Assembly (NCBI GenBank): GCA_027604505.1
Contig: JADIIX010000170.1
Location: 1 to 40,436, forward strand
Length of the DNA stretch: 40,436 nt
From: Gonapodya sp. JEL0774
Taxonomy: Eukaryota
Direction of reading: 5' to 3'
In this document: positions 14,978 through 27,646 of the stretch, one piece after another
Layout: each line of letters begins with the position of its first letter
How positions within the stretch are numbered: position 1 is the stretch's first letter
Notes under the pieces: generated by a model
Told to the model about the DNA's origin: nothing
What the model saw: only the letters and a program-made list of their open reading frames with translations
The model's database searches: none
Made by a program: the position numbers and the translations under genes

Positions 14978-16401
14978 TCATCTATCGCCCTATGAGATCC
15001 GTCAAGGTCTCGCAACCGCCAATAACTTCCATGCTACTCTTCCAAATCCCCACACTAACCGTATGGACCACCGTAATCTTTCCATTCACGCCTCCGGCTC
15101 ATGCTCACCGTACCTTCCTCTTTCTACCGTTACCGACACCACCACCATCTCCCGACCCCGACTCTGAACTCCGGTTCGATGGCCTGCCGTTCGTGGGAGT
15201 TGACGACCGAGTATTTGTGCTCGACGGTGTGGCCGAAGGTGTGGATGTGGAGGGCGTCGAGGGACCGTCGGTATCTGAGTTTAGGTTGATTGAGTAAAGG
15301 GACGTGGGTTCCAAGATCCCTATGGATCCTCCACTGCACCACCACAATGCTTCTACTTTTGAAAGAGCTGGTGTTTGTGCTTGCCGGCTCCATGTCCCTA
15401 CTTCCCATCAAATGGCACTTGCCGTGGAGCACGAGATCTCCACTGAGCGCTAGGGCCTGTACGTGTGTCCATCCACATCTCTTTCTAAATCCCTTCCCCT
15501 CTTGTAGTTTGTTTCTGAGCAATTCGGCGTTCCTTCCACACACACACATCGACCAACCACTCCACTTACCGTCTTCCGTCACTTCTACCTCATCTTCCGC
15601 CGCGGAATCCAACTCCCCTACTTTGCTTAAAACCCTTTCCAGGAATCCTGCAGCTTCATCTTTTTGTCAACATCCCCATTTTTGTGATAGTTTGAAGAAC
15701 AGCATGGTGATAGTTTGAAGAACGGCGATCATGTTCACCCTTGTGTCACCTTGCCAACAATGCGACAAAACACCCACCTTCCTCATCTCCCTCATCGTTT
15801 TCCTCTCTACTCAATTCATTTCTTTCGTCCTCACCATCTTCAGCCCCGCTCGCAATATCGGCAGTCGTCTTATCAAGGGTCGCCTTACTGGGGAGACCAG
15901 CACGAATAAATCGATTCGCTGCCTCCTTGTCGAGACGCCATGTGGCTATATCCGTAGCCATAAAAGCGGGAGTAAGCGAACCGGTTCAGCCTCGTGCAGC
16001 TGGACGGGTTGCGGGATTGATGCTACTCGCCTTTGTCTGTACCCTCCACCGCTTTGACCTTTCCAACGTAAAGCTTTATCCGTTCCAGTTCCTTGATAAC
16101 TGGATGCTCCTTTGGATTGATGCCCTGAGTACGGAGGTAGACTGGGAGTTCCCAAAGGTGAAGCAGAAAATCGCCAATGACGCGGCAATACAGAACGAGT
16201 CTGCTCACTGAAAACCAGAGTATCGATTGCCGATGCAATCGATATGTTGAGTTTTGCTCTGTCGAGAGGCTGGAGGTTAGCGAGAGTGTCTTGCAAAGGG
16301 GAAGTAAGCAAAGGGTTGAGGAAAGCGAGGACATCAGCGAGTGCGGCGTTGAATGTCTCAAGATTTTCGAGAAGCGTGTCTGAGTCGATATCCACGTCCA
16401 T
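14978..16401 (-). CDS. C1D/Rrp47 (Lrp1) exosome cofactor, Sas10/C1D family; 3' exons tentative
   Basis: [66 protein letters not shown], the typical C1D/Rrp47 pattern; acidic and Ser/Thr-rich tail; probable last exon GDR* ending at 14978. Confidence 0.82.
15684..15723. repeat. Short tandem duplication (17-nt GTGATAGTTTGAAGAAC x2, 23-nt period) inside a predicted intron
   Basis: Copies at 15684-15700 and 15707-15723. Confidence 0.85.
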
Positions 16402-16968
16402 GGTGGGACAAGTGAAGCGAGGTGGGATAAGGGGGAGGGCGCCTCGAGTGAGTGGTGCTCTGTTGAGAGAAACGCGCTGACCAAAGGAATCTTATAGTAT
16501 CGCAAAAAAAAAACTCACAAAACAACGGTGAGGAAAACGTAAACGATGGCGTGCTATGGGCAGACCCTGGACATTCTTTGTGCTGTGATTCTCGTCCGGG
16601 GAACAAATAGTGGTGGAGACTGCAAGGTGTCATGTCAACCGATATCCCAACGATATAACTGAAGGTTGACAGAAAGACCTAAAGTTCCTTTTCTGAACTT
16701 CCCGAAATTCCTTGAAACCAGTAAAGGTATATACGTATTTGGAGGCTGTTCTGCTTATCGCCGCTTGACTGTGGAAGGGTCTGCTGTGGCTGACTGTGGG
16801 GTGCCGGTTCACACAAGCCATATTCCACATCAAAATCTCCTTTCGCTTTTTCTGCATCCACTCGTCATTCCAAACGTTTTCTTGGAGTCGCCTGTGGGTA
16901 GGACGCGAATCTTCGAAACTGCTCGAACAAACGAGCTCACGCTTGCCGTTTCCACATCCTGCCAGCAA

Positions 16969-19935
16969 ATGACTGCTCTCGCAAAGTTCATTAAAACTAT
17001 CATATACATCCAGGAAAACTTCCCTGGCCGCAAGTTCGACTGCCCAGATGTGAGCTATTGTGCAAGTTGTGTTTGCCCAATTTTGCACCTACCTAACCGT
17101 GAAGCTTGGTTTCTTGCTGTGCATGACTTCTGAAGATCTGTATTATCGGTGGGCAGAGTGCTGGAAAGAGTTCTGTGGTCGAAAGCTTAGTGGGCAGAGA
17201 GTTCCTCCCTCGGTGAGTTGGAACTCCCGTATTGTGAGTCAATCGTTCTTTCCCTCTAACACATTTGCCGTACCCCTCCAACAGCAATGGTGAAATGGCC
17301 ACGAGAGCCATCACTCGAATCTCTCTTTTCGATTCGAACAACCTTCCCCCTGAGCACCCTTGCCAAGGGAAGGAGTTGGCCGAGTTCGGACACCGCAATG
17401 GGTTACACTTCCGTATGGATCAAATCAAGGAGGAGATCGAGAGGCAAACCAACTTTCTCACAGGAAACAATCCGCATGATGTTACCGACACGGAAATTAG
17501 GCTGACCATTTATCTCCCTGGAGCCTACGACCTCACTTTTGTGGACGTTCCCGGGCTCATCAGCTCCAAAACAAAGGGACAGACTGAGAACACCAAGAGA
17601 AAGATTGTCGACATGACCTTGGAGAGAATTAAGAATAAGAGTTCAATAATTGTGATTGTTGCAAAGGGGGACGACGATTTAGGAAATTCTCCGGCATTTG
17701 ACCTTATCACGGATCAACTTACGGAATTCCCCGACCTAAAATTTCGCACAGTTTGTGTGCTCACAAGGGCAGATACATGCACAACATTTGAGAAAAGGGA
17801 GCAGTTCAAGAAAAGGTTACGGGGGGGGTTCATCGAATTGAAACAACGTGATTGGCTACACGGACAGCGTTCGGGATCTCTCGCTGTGCATGGTAACCCT
17901 CCACTATCGGCTCCTAACTATGCCTAGGATACGTTCCTGTCATTGGCCGCGATACTACTGCTGACAAGAAGAGCACTATTGATCGGTCATTACAGGATGA
18001 AACGGAGTATTTCAGGAAGGAGTTCCCGGATTTGGGCGATTCCTGTGGGGCCAAGTATCTTGGGCAGAGGCTGTCAGATGTAGGATATTGCTTTGCTCGC
18101 TTGACCTTTCAGTTTCTTGTTTCATTCTCATATCTTGCTGTTGACCCTCAGCTCCTTCTCAGCACCGTCAAAGCTTCCATCCCCGATATGCAGCGGGAGC
18201 TCAAGGGAAAGCTGTCGAAGGCTGAGTCTGAGTTACTCAGAATAGAGGAAATGGACGTGGTCGCACTCCCTGTTTTGCTGTCGGAATTTCGGTTGGTTTC
18301 CAGTGCACTGTATATATTTTTGGTGGAGCTTGACAGTGGTTCGATGACTCACCTCCAGCGTGCACTATGAGCAATTTCTGATGGGGGAATCCCTCACTTT
18401 TGTTTCAATGGACAGAGATGACGGAGGGTATTTATTTCGGTCTGATTTCAGGAAGCTCTCCGAGACCCTGGATCAGGCAAACCCGTTGGAGGGTCTGTCG
18501 GTGAAATTAAGACTACAACTTCTCAAAAACGCAGGGGTAAGTCTCTTCAGTAAAGGGTTCCAGTGCAAGTTTTCTGTGATCAGATTACTGATGGCTGATG
18601 CATCAGGGTCCCGGTCAAAACATCAGTCCACATCATGCAGTGTTTTTACAAGTGATCCGAGGCCAAATCAACAAACTTCACAGAATCATAGCAAGTGTGG
18701 TGCCCGATTGCAAGGAGACTTTGGCAAAATCCTTTGATAGCTTTGCGTCAACGTTCTTGGCCCAAAAGGTGTGACACATGCATTTCACCCGCATCACCAT
18801 GACAAAATATGGAACTCGCCCATCGACATCTCTAGGGCTTCGGAAGCTGCAAGAGAATCCAGGCTCATTTGAAATCTAAACTCGACGAAGTAGTTCAGGA
18901 ATACGAAAAGATCTCATCCACCAGGATCCCAGAGTTTGTGGAGTGAGTTTGTGGAACGAAGCTTAGCTGGCTTCGGTGCGAACGAATCGAATGCAAAACA
19001 GCGTATTATCACTCGAACATTTTCAGGATGCAAGCAGCCTTCATTAACCTTGATCACCCGGAGATCAGCGTGCTGAAGAGCGCTGCGGTGAGTTTGTCAG
19101 CTGAGGCAACAAGAAGCAACCTTAAACACTCTCTGCGCATTCAAACGGCCAGAAAGTGACTGGTGGCAGTGCTCTACGTGGTGTAGCGGAGGCTCCAACG
19201 CACTTCATTGGTGCACTTCTGACGTTCAGCAAAGTTGCCCTATCTGTTGTTGTAGGTTGCTCCACTTTGTTCCGGTGAGGCAGCATTTTAACATTGCATA
19301 TTTTCAGTCGCCCGAGATTATGTCCATTCTCAATGCTGTACATGAATATGTTGCAAATGGTAGGGCGAATCCACAACAATCCGGTTCAGGAGGCACTTCG
19401 ACTCCTGAAGTTTCCTCTGATGCTGAAATGGAAACGGCTTCTGCAACTTCTTCACATCTTGCTCGTATGCCGACAGAGGAAGAAACGGACGCTCTCAAAG
19501 ACATAGGTGCGTGTAAACATGGGCAGCCTTTACTCTTCCAGCTTTTCTGCATTGAAACCACTCTTTTAAGACCGTTTTATTAAGACATACTACAGCATTG
19601 TTAAGCGCCGGCTCATCGAGAACATCCCACTGATCATTATGAAAACCTTAGTTTTGGACACTTTGACGAAGCTTGGTGCCATCCTCATAGCGGATGCAGC
19701 AAAGCAGCATATCTTTGAGTTGGTTGAAGATGATGTAAACCGTTCCCAGCGTGCAGAGCTTTTGGAGACAGTTCGCAAATGCAAGGAGGTGCTGGAGTTC
19801 ATCCAGAGGTGAGGAGCTGCAATATATGTTGACTGAATGTTGTGCGATACGTATGTGTCACATGATCTTTTCACTGTTAGGGAGGTCATGGCTGATGCTT
19901 CTGTTGAAGATGTGCAGTACAATAAAGCCGCTTAG
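16969..19935 (+). CDS. Divergent dynamin-related GTPase (GTPase, middle domain, GED; no PH domain); multi-exon
   Basis: G1 ICIIGGQSAGKSSVVESLVGREFLPR, G2 EMATR, G3 DVPG, G4 TRAD; CGAKYLGQRLS; FINLDHPE; GED YYSIVKRRLIENIPLIIMKTLV ... RAELLETVRKCKEVL; exons join in frame to TAG at 19933-19935. Confidence 0.88.
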
Positions 19936-20064
19936 ATATGCTAGTGCCCTGCAATAAACCATTCAGTCGACACTGCTTTACGATTCATTTGACCATCATA
20001 ATTCATAAATGGATGATCAATCAAAGGAAAATTGGTAAATAGGCACCCTGTCGTCAACATAGAG

Positions 20065-20972
20065 CTATAGAGTTTGCGGAAGGGTGATACGTTCTACATA
20101 GAGGGACAGTGTATAGTGTTCTTTGCCCTTGGACTTCGGTTTCAGAAATAGAGCCGGTTCTCCCTTTTTGAATAGCCATAACGTGGAGCTTCATCGAGCT
20201 TGAATCCACTTTCATCCATGGCCATCCAAGTACTCCGGGGTAGACTTCTCATCTGTTCCTGAAAAGCTTCCATCTCATTTGCTCTCCCAGTTGCCTCAGA
20301 AGCAACATAGGAGAGCTTCTTCCTTGTGATGTCATTTCTCCTGAGAATGTTACTGATACTCTGCTGAGTAATTCCAATCCCAAAAGAGTCGGAAACCCAT
20401 CGAGCTGCATCGAATTGTCGGCGTGAAGGATCCGCCATCATCCACTGGCAAATCTGATGCTCCAAGTCCATAGCACACTTCCGTTTTCGGCCCCGGGGTC
20501 TTCCAGTGGGCGAGCTGCTTACGCCCGGCGATGCGATCCATCTCCTTTTGGTCCTCTGAGAGACACCGAACGCCTCCGCAAGCAACCTCGTTGGAACTTG
20601 ACCCTTTTGCCTTAATATCTTGCACGCATGAAGTCGCTGATTGATGTAATCCATGGTTAGATTTCCATTGGACAAGGAAAATTTGGGCGACAGATGTCGA
20701 CGCCAGGCATCAAAAAAATAACACGTTAAACCGGCCCTCAACATCATGAGTACTTCATATCTACTCAAAAGACTGTAATACAGCATGTCTACTGTATTCA
20801 GCATCAAACCACATGTCACCAAACTCATTTTCGAAACCACCCCAGAATTCTCAAAAACGACCCCAGAATTCTAAATGAACTACCCCAAACCACCCCAGTG
20901 GGGGTGGTTTGGGGTAGTGGCGAAACACCCCAGGAGGCACCACCCCATGTGGGGTGTCCCAGAATTCACATA
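20065..20972 (-). mobile_element. Truncated IS630/Tc1-mariner-like DNA transposon; one end retained
   Basis: Intronless ORF from ATG 20654: HTH region (LLAEAFGVSQRTKRRW; ITQQSISNILRRNDITRKK), first catalytic D in MDESGF, RYGYSKR; frameshift near 20160 continues as GEPALFLKPKSKGKEHYTL, stop at 20065; second D and E absent. Repeat-rich end 20830-20970 followed by TA. Confidence 0.85.
20832..20967. repeat. Subterminal repeat cluster with perfect 18-bp palindrome
   Basis: ACTACCCCAAACCACCCC (20879-20896), 4-nt loop, exact reverse complement (20901-20918); second hairpin CACCCC-ATGT-GGGGTG (20941-20956); (C)CCCAGAATTC at 20840, 20861 and 20958. Confidence 0.9.
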
Positions 20973-21028
20973 TGCCCCTGGCTCATGTCCAGTGTGCAGC
21001 AAAGGTTCACACTCTACTGCCACACAAG

Positions 21029-22958
21029 ATGATGTCCCACCAAATCACTCCGCATCCGCCGACGCCGCACGCAACCCTCCTTCCATACCAACTGCCTCAA
21101 GACAAATTTGATGAGGTGGTGTCCTCCACGCTTCCGGAGGATGTTCGACTCCACTGGGAACTCCCAAAAGGGAACGAACAGAACTCGTTGATTTTGAGAC
21201 CATTTGGGTCGGCAAGAGAGGTGGTGAAGGGTGGTGGAGTGGAGATGCAATGGGGCGAAGGGGATAAGTGGGTGCGTTGACGGTGCGCCGGTTGATCGTG
21301 TTGAATTCATCGACTTGGGATCCCAATCACTGTCTGTTTTCTTAACTGCACGCCCGCAAGATCGACATCTCCCGTCGCCTCATGATGACGATCCGTGTCT
21401 CCATCGAGTTTTTCCATTTCTTCCTGGATGGGTACCTTTTGCAACCCGGAATGCATGTCGGGAGTACTGTTGTGAAGGGAGACGTGGTGGATATCGTACC
21501 TGCGCTAGAGGGTGATGTGAGAGCGTATTTTGAGAAAATGGGAAGCAAGGCGAGGATGGTAGAGGTGGAGGTGAGTGGTGGAGGCTGTGGTGACTTGGGG
21601 ACTGAGTCTCGAGATGAAACGTGTCTTCTCCTTGAATCTGCTGGTCGTTCGCGTTCTCCGCGCGGTCGCTTCACCCTGCACTCGAAATATCTTAGCCCGA
21701 TTCAACGCCCCTCTCTACGGCCACTCGCCTCTACCACCTTCTCCCTCCTCCCTCTCCGTCCGCCTCCCCTTCGCTATCGTGGCACACATACCTGAGCAAT
21801 CGCACTAACCTCACCTCGCACTTCAACCTCACTAACCCACCCTCACTCACCACCCCACCTCTGCTACCTACCTTGCACACCTACCACCTTCGCAAAATCG
21901 TTTCCACACTGGACCTGACCCTAGAAGAATCTATGGCCCTCGTGAGCACGGTCGTTCCGATATTGTCCGTACACAAATCAACGCCGTCCGTAGGTCCCAC
22001 AAGACCCTGGAGCGTCGAGACGCTCGTTCGAGTGTACTCGCCGTTCGCTGCACTCGGGGCTCGGACCGAGATGGCGTCATCACCCGGAGGGAGTGTGGAC
22101 CTGTGGTTCGGGTGGCGCCATAGACCACGGATGAGGGATGTGGAGTACGCGACGGTGATGGGCTACAAGATTAATATTGCAGAAGATGAAGAAGATCACG
22201 TTCGGAGAGCCGGCTCGGGCGAGTCCCAGGCCGACGGAGTAGGGGGAACCCCCAGCTCGACCTTGCCGCCCTACCTCGCTTCAGATCTGAAGCAACTCCG
22301 TGCGTCATTCACTCGTGGGGAGGCTGAGTTGACAAAACTGCCATCGGGTTGGAAGCACGTGTTTTGGGGTTACTTTGACAACGATCCCGGGAAGCAAGTA
22401 AACGGTCAGCCTTGGAAGGCAGTGGAAAAGAGGGATTGGATTATGGGGAAGGGGCAGCTGGTAGAACTGAGGAGGGTGTTATTTGGAGTGGACAGGGTCG
22501 CTGTCAGTTTGGGACCGAGCCCCTCGCCAAGCAGTATGGACCAAGTCACAAGCCCGTCTCGTCCATCCGCTACCGTCACGACCGATTTCACATCCATAGC
22601 ACCGTCCGACTCCACGTCGTCCCCCACCACTGCCTCGACCACCACTGGCGCGACCAGTTCTTCTCAGACGTCATCGGAGTCCCTCCCATCCTCGACAACA
22701 CCGCTCACATCCCGAATTCCCGATCTTGTCTTTATGGATCTGCTGCTCTCTTCTGTTGGGGTCTTTGCCTTCCGAGCCGAGGCAAGGTTGGATATATCAG
22801 TTGGGATGACTGTGAATGTGGTAGGGGAAGGGGATGAGGGTGGGGACAAGGGGAAGGAGAAGGGGACAAAGAGTGCGGTGGAGAATGGAAACGCTGTTGA
22901 AGGGTATGGAGAGAACAATACGTGGGTAGCAGGGTGTGTGAGGAGGATGGTGGGGTGA
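21029..22958 (+). CDS. Hypothetical protein, about 3 exons, no recognised domain
   Basis: Exons 21029-21220, 21361-21570 and 21696-22958 join in frame through GT-AG introns; long open third exon. Confidence 0.6.
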
Positions 22959-23192
22959 GTGAGAGGAGAGGGGCGGCATATCTCCAGCACACAATCTAAA
23001 AACTTCACCAAGAGCTCATGTAAATATCCTTGGCTTTCGTGATGAGTCTTGCACCTTATCTTGCATAAATCGCAGGTTGGTGCGGGCAGGAAATACGATG
23101 ACCTACGACTTTTGGTGTTGCACAGTAGGGGGAAGCTCCGATTCCGCCAGAGTCCTCCATCTCCCCCCCCCCCCCCTCCCCCCGCACCACGC

Positions 23193-26100
23193 ATGACTTC
23201 TATCTCATCAAACATCAAGATTGCTGTTCGGGTTCGACCTCTGAATACTCGCGAAAAGGAACGTGGTGCGCGATGCTGTGTGCAAATGAACGGCGCTCAA
23301 ACTTCGGCCACGGATCCTGAATCCGGAAAAACGACCACTTTTGCTTTTGACTACTCGTATTGTGAGTAGAATGCACTCCTCCGCTAGGTTCTGAGAGTTC
23401 TCCTATGAACGCAGAATGTGCCAATTGTTCATGCAACGAAGGGTCGAGCGACGGGGCTGTGGAGAGAAACGGGGAGTTAGTCCCGCAATCTTCAGATGTG
23501 AGTTTGTCCTTTGGTTGTTTGAATGGGTGAATGCGCATGATTGTGTACTTGTGTCTGATCGTGAAAATTGGTCACTTCATTCAGTCGCCTTATGCGGATC
23601 AAAAGAGAGTTTTCGAGGAACTAGGAGCTCAGATGGTCGATGCCGCCGCAGAAGGCTACAATTCTACGTTGATGGCGTACGGTCAGACAGGTGGGCATTC
23701 ATTTTTGGAGGTTTGCGCAGTGTCTACTGACCTTGATTTCACACTACCGTAACCTGGTTGAATCAGGTTCCGGAAAGTCCTACACAATGTTTGGGTACGG
23801 CGCAAACAAGGGCCTGATACCGTTGCTATGTGAGGACATATTTCGGAGGTTCGGGGCTGGAGATGAACGCAAGGAATATCACATTTCGATGTCGGTATGT
23901 TCTGTGTTCGACAAGCAAACATGCTTTCTTCCAGTCTTGTTAGGTCAGCAAATCACTCATCTCTGGTGTAGTTCTGCGAAATATATAACGAAAGGGTCAA
24001 GGACCTCCTATCTGATGACCTGGCACCTCTCAAAGTCCGTCAATCACAGGCCATAGGGTTTTATGTCGAAGGCCTAAAGGAACTCCCAGTTGAAAACTAT
24101 TCGCAAGTGGAGCACTTGGTAGATCGTGGGACGAAGAATCGGAGCGTGGCAGCAACGAAAATGAATGAAACCAGCAGTAGAGCCCACACTATCATTACCC
24201 TCAAAGTTCAGCAGTCAGATCGAGAGACCAAGGCGGAGAAGATGAGTACACTGCATTTGGTAGATCTGGCCGGGTGAGTTTTTGCCGGCTCCGATGTCTT
24301 CTTGTGGTAATGAGTCTATTTATAAATTGGCCACATCAACAAGCTCGGAGAGAGTTGCCGACACCGGTCTCGATCAAAAAGGTAGACTTCGTGAGGCTGG
24401 TAACATCAACTCCTCGCTTTCAGTTCTCGGGACGGTGATAGCGGCCCTTGTCCAGCAGCAACAGGGCAAGAAGAATGTGATCGTTCCTTATCGCGACTCG
24501 GTTCTCACCAAACTGCTCCAGAACGCACTGGGCGGAAACTCCAAAACAATAATGGTTGGCGCTATTAGTCCAGCTAATATTCATTATGACGAAACCGTCT
24601 CTACGCTGAGGTTTTTGGATCGGGCGAAAGCAATAAAGACAGTTGCGATTGTGAATGAAAATCCCACAGATAGGCTCATCAGAGAGCTGCGAGAAGAGAA
24701 TGAGAAATTGAAAGCCATGCTTGCTGAACGAGAGCGACTCACTGGAAGCTCACCAACAGGAACAACGAATTCTAACGGCTCCAAATCTGTATCGCCCGCG
24801 GATCAAAAAGTGCTCGCGAATTTGCAAGCCCAAATAGCAGAAAAGGAAAAGGACATTCGAAAGTTGGAGGAAGTCAACAAAACGTGGGAGCAGAGATTGT
24901 GAGTAAATGAGTGCGACCGGAAGCCTAGTAAGGCAAACTCTGCGTGACACTCGACTTATCCTTTAACAAGAGAGGAAGCTCAAGTTGAATTCGAGTCTCG
25001 AAAATCTGATGATGACATTCTTGAGGAACGGAAGTTAGCGGTACCGAATCTTAAGAATGTGAACGAAGATCCCTTGCTCTCTGGAATGTTGTTTTACTTC
25101 ATCGAAACGGGCAAGCACCTGGTTGGTCGCGTGGCAAAGGGAACAAAAGCAGATATTCAGCTAAATGGCCTGAGGTAATGTGCGGGGATCTTCTTGAAAG
25201 TGCGTGCACTCTAGGTATTCAATGCAAACATATTGGACTCTCTTCTATAGCATCCTCCCCGAACATGCCATCCTCACGAATACCGGAAACACTAAGCTGA
25301 CCATCAAGCCATGCTCGTCAATGGCTCGAGTTCGAGTGAATGGACTTCTTTTGAACGACTGTGAAAATGTAAGAGATTTCGTTACTCTAGTCATGGTACC
25401 ATCAATCGAAAGAGTCTCACCCTGTGGGGATTTCATCACCGCTGAAGCCAGTGGCATTGAGGCATAACGACAGAGTTCTCATTGGAGCGCAACATTTGTA
25501 TATTGTCAAATTCCCGCACGTGCCTGATGACCCCGAAAAAGAGCCAACTTGGTCTGACGCACAGTCGGAAATTGCTCAAGGGCAAGGCTTCGGCAGGACT
25601 GGAAACTCTGGGGCCCTTAGAGTGCTATCGGATTATATCGTCGAATTTTTACCCCTCGTGAATGATGCAAATGCTATTGCAGAGGACCTTCACAAATCCA
25701 AACGCTTTGAGTTGAGCATTCTTGGAGACGAGGGGATTGCTGGTTCGAACACATCCCCACCTGATGAGGACTTAAAGGGACAGACGTTGGACGTAGTTAT
25801 TCGAGTTACCGATACGGAAAATGGATTCAAGTGGCTTTGGAGTAAAGAGCGTGAGTTATTTACGTGAATATATAGTCAACCCGAGAGAGTCGTGAAGCTG
25901 AGCGTCAGACATCAGGATTCCGATCCTCGGCATATCGCTTTCAAGATTACTATCAGCTACTGCTTGATGAGGAATCTGGTTCGAGGTCTCCGCTTTCACA
26001 GTCTGACGATCCCTTCGACTTTGCTCCAGAGGATTACATCATTGGAATCGCTTCATTTCCTATTTTGAATTTGCTTACTATTCGAGCCGTTGAGCCATCT

Positions 26101-27558
26101 ATTATTATACGGGATTATAAGGGATCAAATGAAGGAATCCTCAAAGCATCACTAGGATTATTTGGGAAAGGTTTGCCTCCACCAAAAGAGTCCAGCTTTA
26201 CGGATGTTGGAAGGATAGATTCCGTTGGAGAGGAACTTCTAGGTAAAAGCTTCACAGTTCGTGTGAAGATTGAGAACATTCTTGGTCTCCGTTGGACTCG
26301 CGGTGGAATCAAATGTCGATTCAAACTTCCCATCAATGATCCTTTGATTTGTAAACTCGGAGGGGATGCTCTTAGCCACCAAAATTCTCGATCCACACAA
26401 TTGACGAAACTCTTTAGAACTTTGCTCACCTCGTCAACGCTGGAAACAAATCACTACTACACCACACGAACTCTCCCTTCCTCGGCAAACCCTCAATTTG
26501 ATGACATCTTTGAATCAGCGGTAAAGAAGCTCACTGTAGAGCAACTCGAATATCTTAGGAGTGGAGATCTTTTTATTGAAGTGTGGGGGGACCATTCTGC
26601 GGCGGCTAGAGAACCAACTGCCGCAACATCTAGGTCACGTATTGGGACATCAGGTAAGCGACAAAAGAAACCAACTTCGATTCTGTCATATTTTTTAACT
26701 AACTCAGTTTATTGTTCTTTTTTTTTTTTGCTTGGAGGCGTGACACCCCGGGAAGGAACTCCAGCACAAAGGACTAGAGGTGTGACAAACGACAGCTTCA
26801 TTGACATAACTGCCAAAGATGGTAGCACGGACGTTTCACAAATGAAAGCGGAGCTGCTTCTCAAAAGTCGTGTAAGATGAAGATCCATCCTGATGTTCTT
26901 TCTGGATTCAGTATCTAAGATAATGTTCTTTGCTAGCTCGTTGCTGATCTCACAGCCAAGAATTTTAACCTGAACTCCACGATAGTTTCCCTCAACTCAG
27001 AGATTGGCCATTTAAGGCAAGAGCTTGTTACTTCCAAGCGTGATGTGGTGCGATTACGGCAGTCAGCCCTCCCACCCCAATCACTATTCGCTTGCTTTAC
27101 TTCAGACGGCAGGTCGATCAGCGTCCTCCGTCAGGAGATCATTGAACTGGAGAAAGCAAAATCTTCAGTGGAAGCTGAGCTCGCCAGGCTCCGCTCTGAT
27201 ACCAGCTTTCTAATTGCCAAGGATGAAGTTCTTGCCCGTCTCGATGCGTTAGCCAAGGTTGTGCGGGATCTGCAAGCACCTCTTAGTCCAGTCAACCAAT
27301 TTTCAATTGGGCTCAAGTCACGATCTCCAGCGCAGGGTGAGTAGATCACATGTCCACAGATTATTTCTGCGTGGTAACAGCAGATGATCGACCACAGACC
27401 ACCACTTCTCAGCAAATGGGTTAGCAGCAACCCCAGAAGAAAGCGATCCTTTGGAAATTGAGACTGATAATATTCGGACGACGGGCTCTGATGTAGCATT
27501 GAGTCGTACAGGGAAGAAAAGGCCGAGTAGGACAAATAAAGTAACACCTGCTTTCTGA
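23193..27558 (+). CDS. Kinesin-3, KIF28-like (motor, FHA, C2-like region, coiled coil); many exons
   Basis: IKIAVRVRP; FAFDYSYW; AYGQTG|SGKSYTMFGYGANKGLIP; NETSSRAH; LVDLAG|SER; VPYRDSVLTKLLQNALGGNSKT; NVNEDPLLSG and LRHNDRVLIG (FHA); NPQFDD ... LFIEVWG; last exon 27413-27558. Confidence 0.9.
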
Positions 27559-27646
27559 GGAAACATTGGAGTCCAGCCCGAGCTCAATAATTTATTTTAC
27601 ATCCATTTATGAAGATATTTAAATAATTAGAAATGAATATTTTCAT

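Noticed and set aside
20155..20172. Programmed -1 frameshift in the transposase
   Set aside because: A AAA AGG is not a canonical X XXY YYZ slippery site and the shifted frame stops after ~30 codons without the remaining catalytic residues; decay is simpler.
20832..20967. CRISPR-like array or Helitron 3' terminus
   Set aside because: No regular repeat-spacer period; no CTRR terminus at the expected distance from the hairpin.
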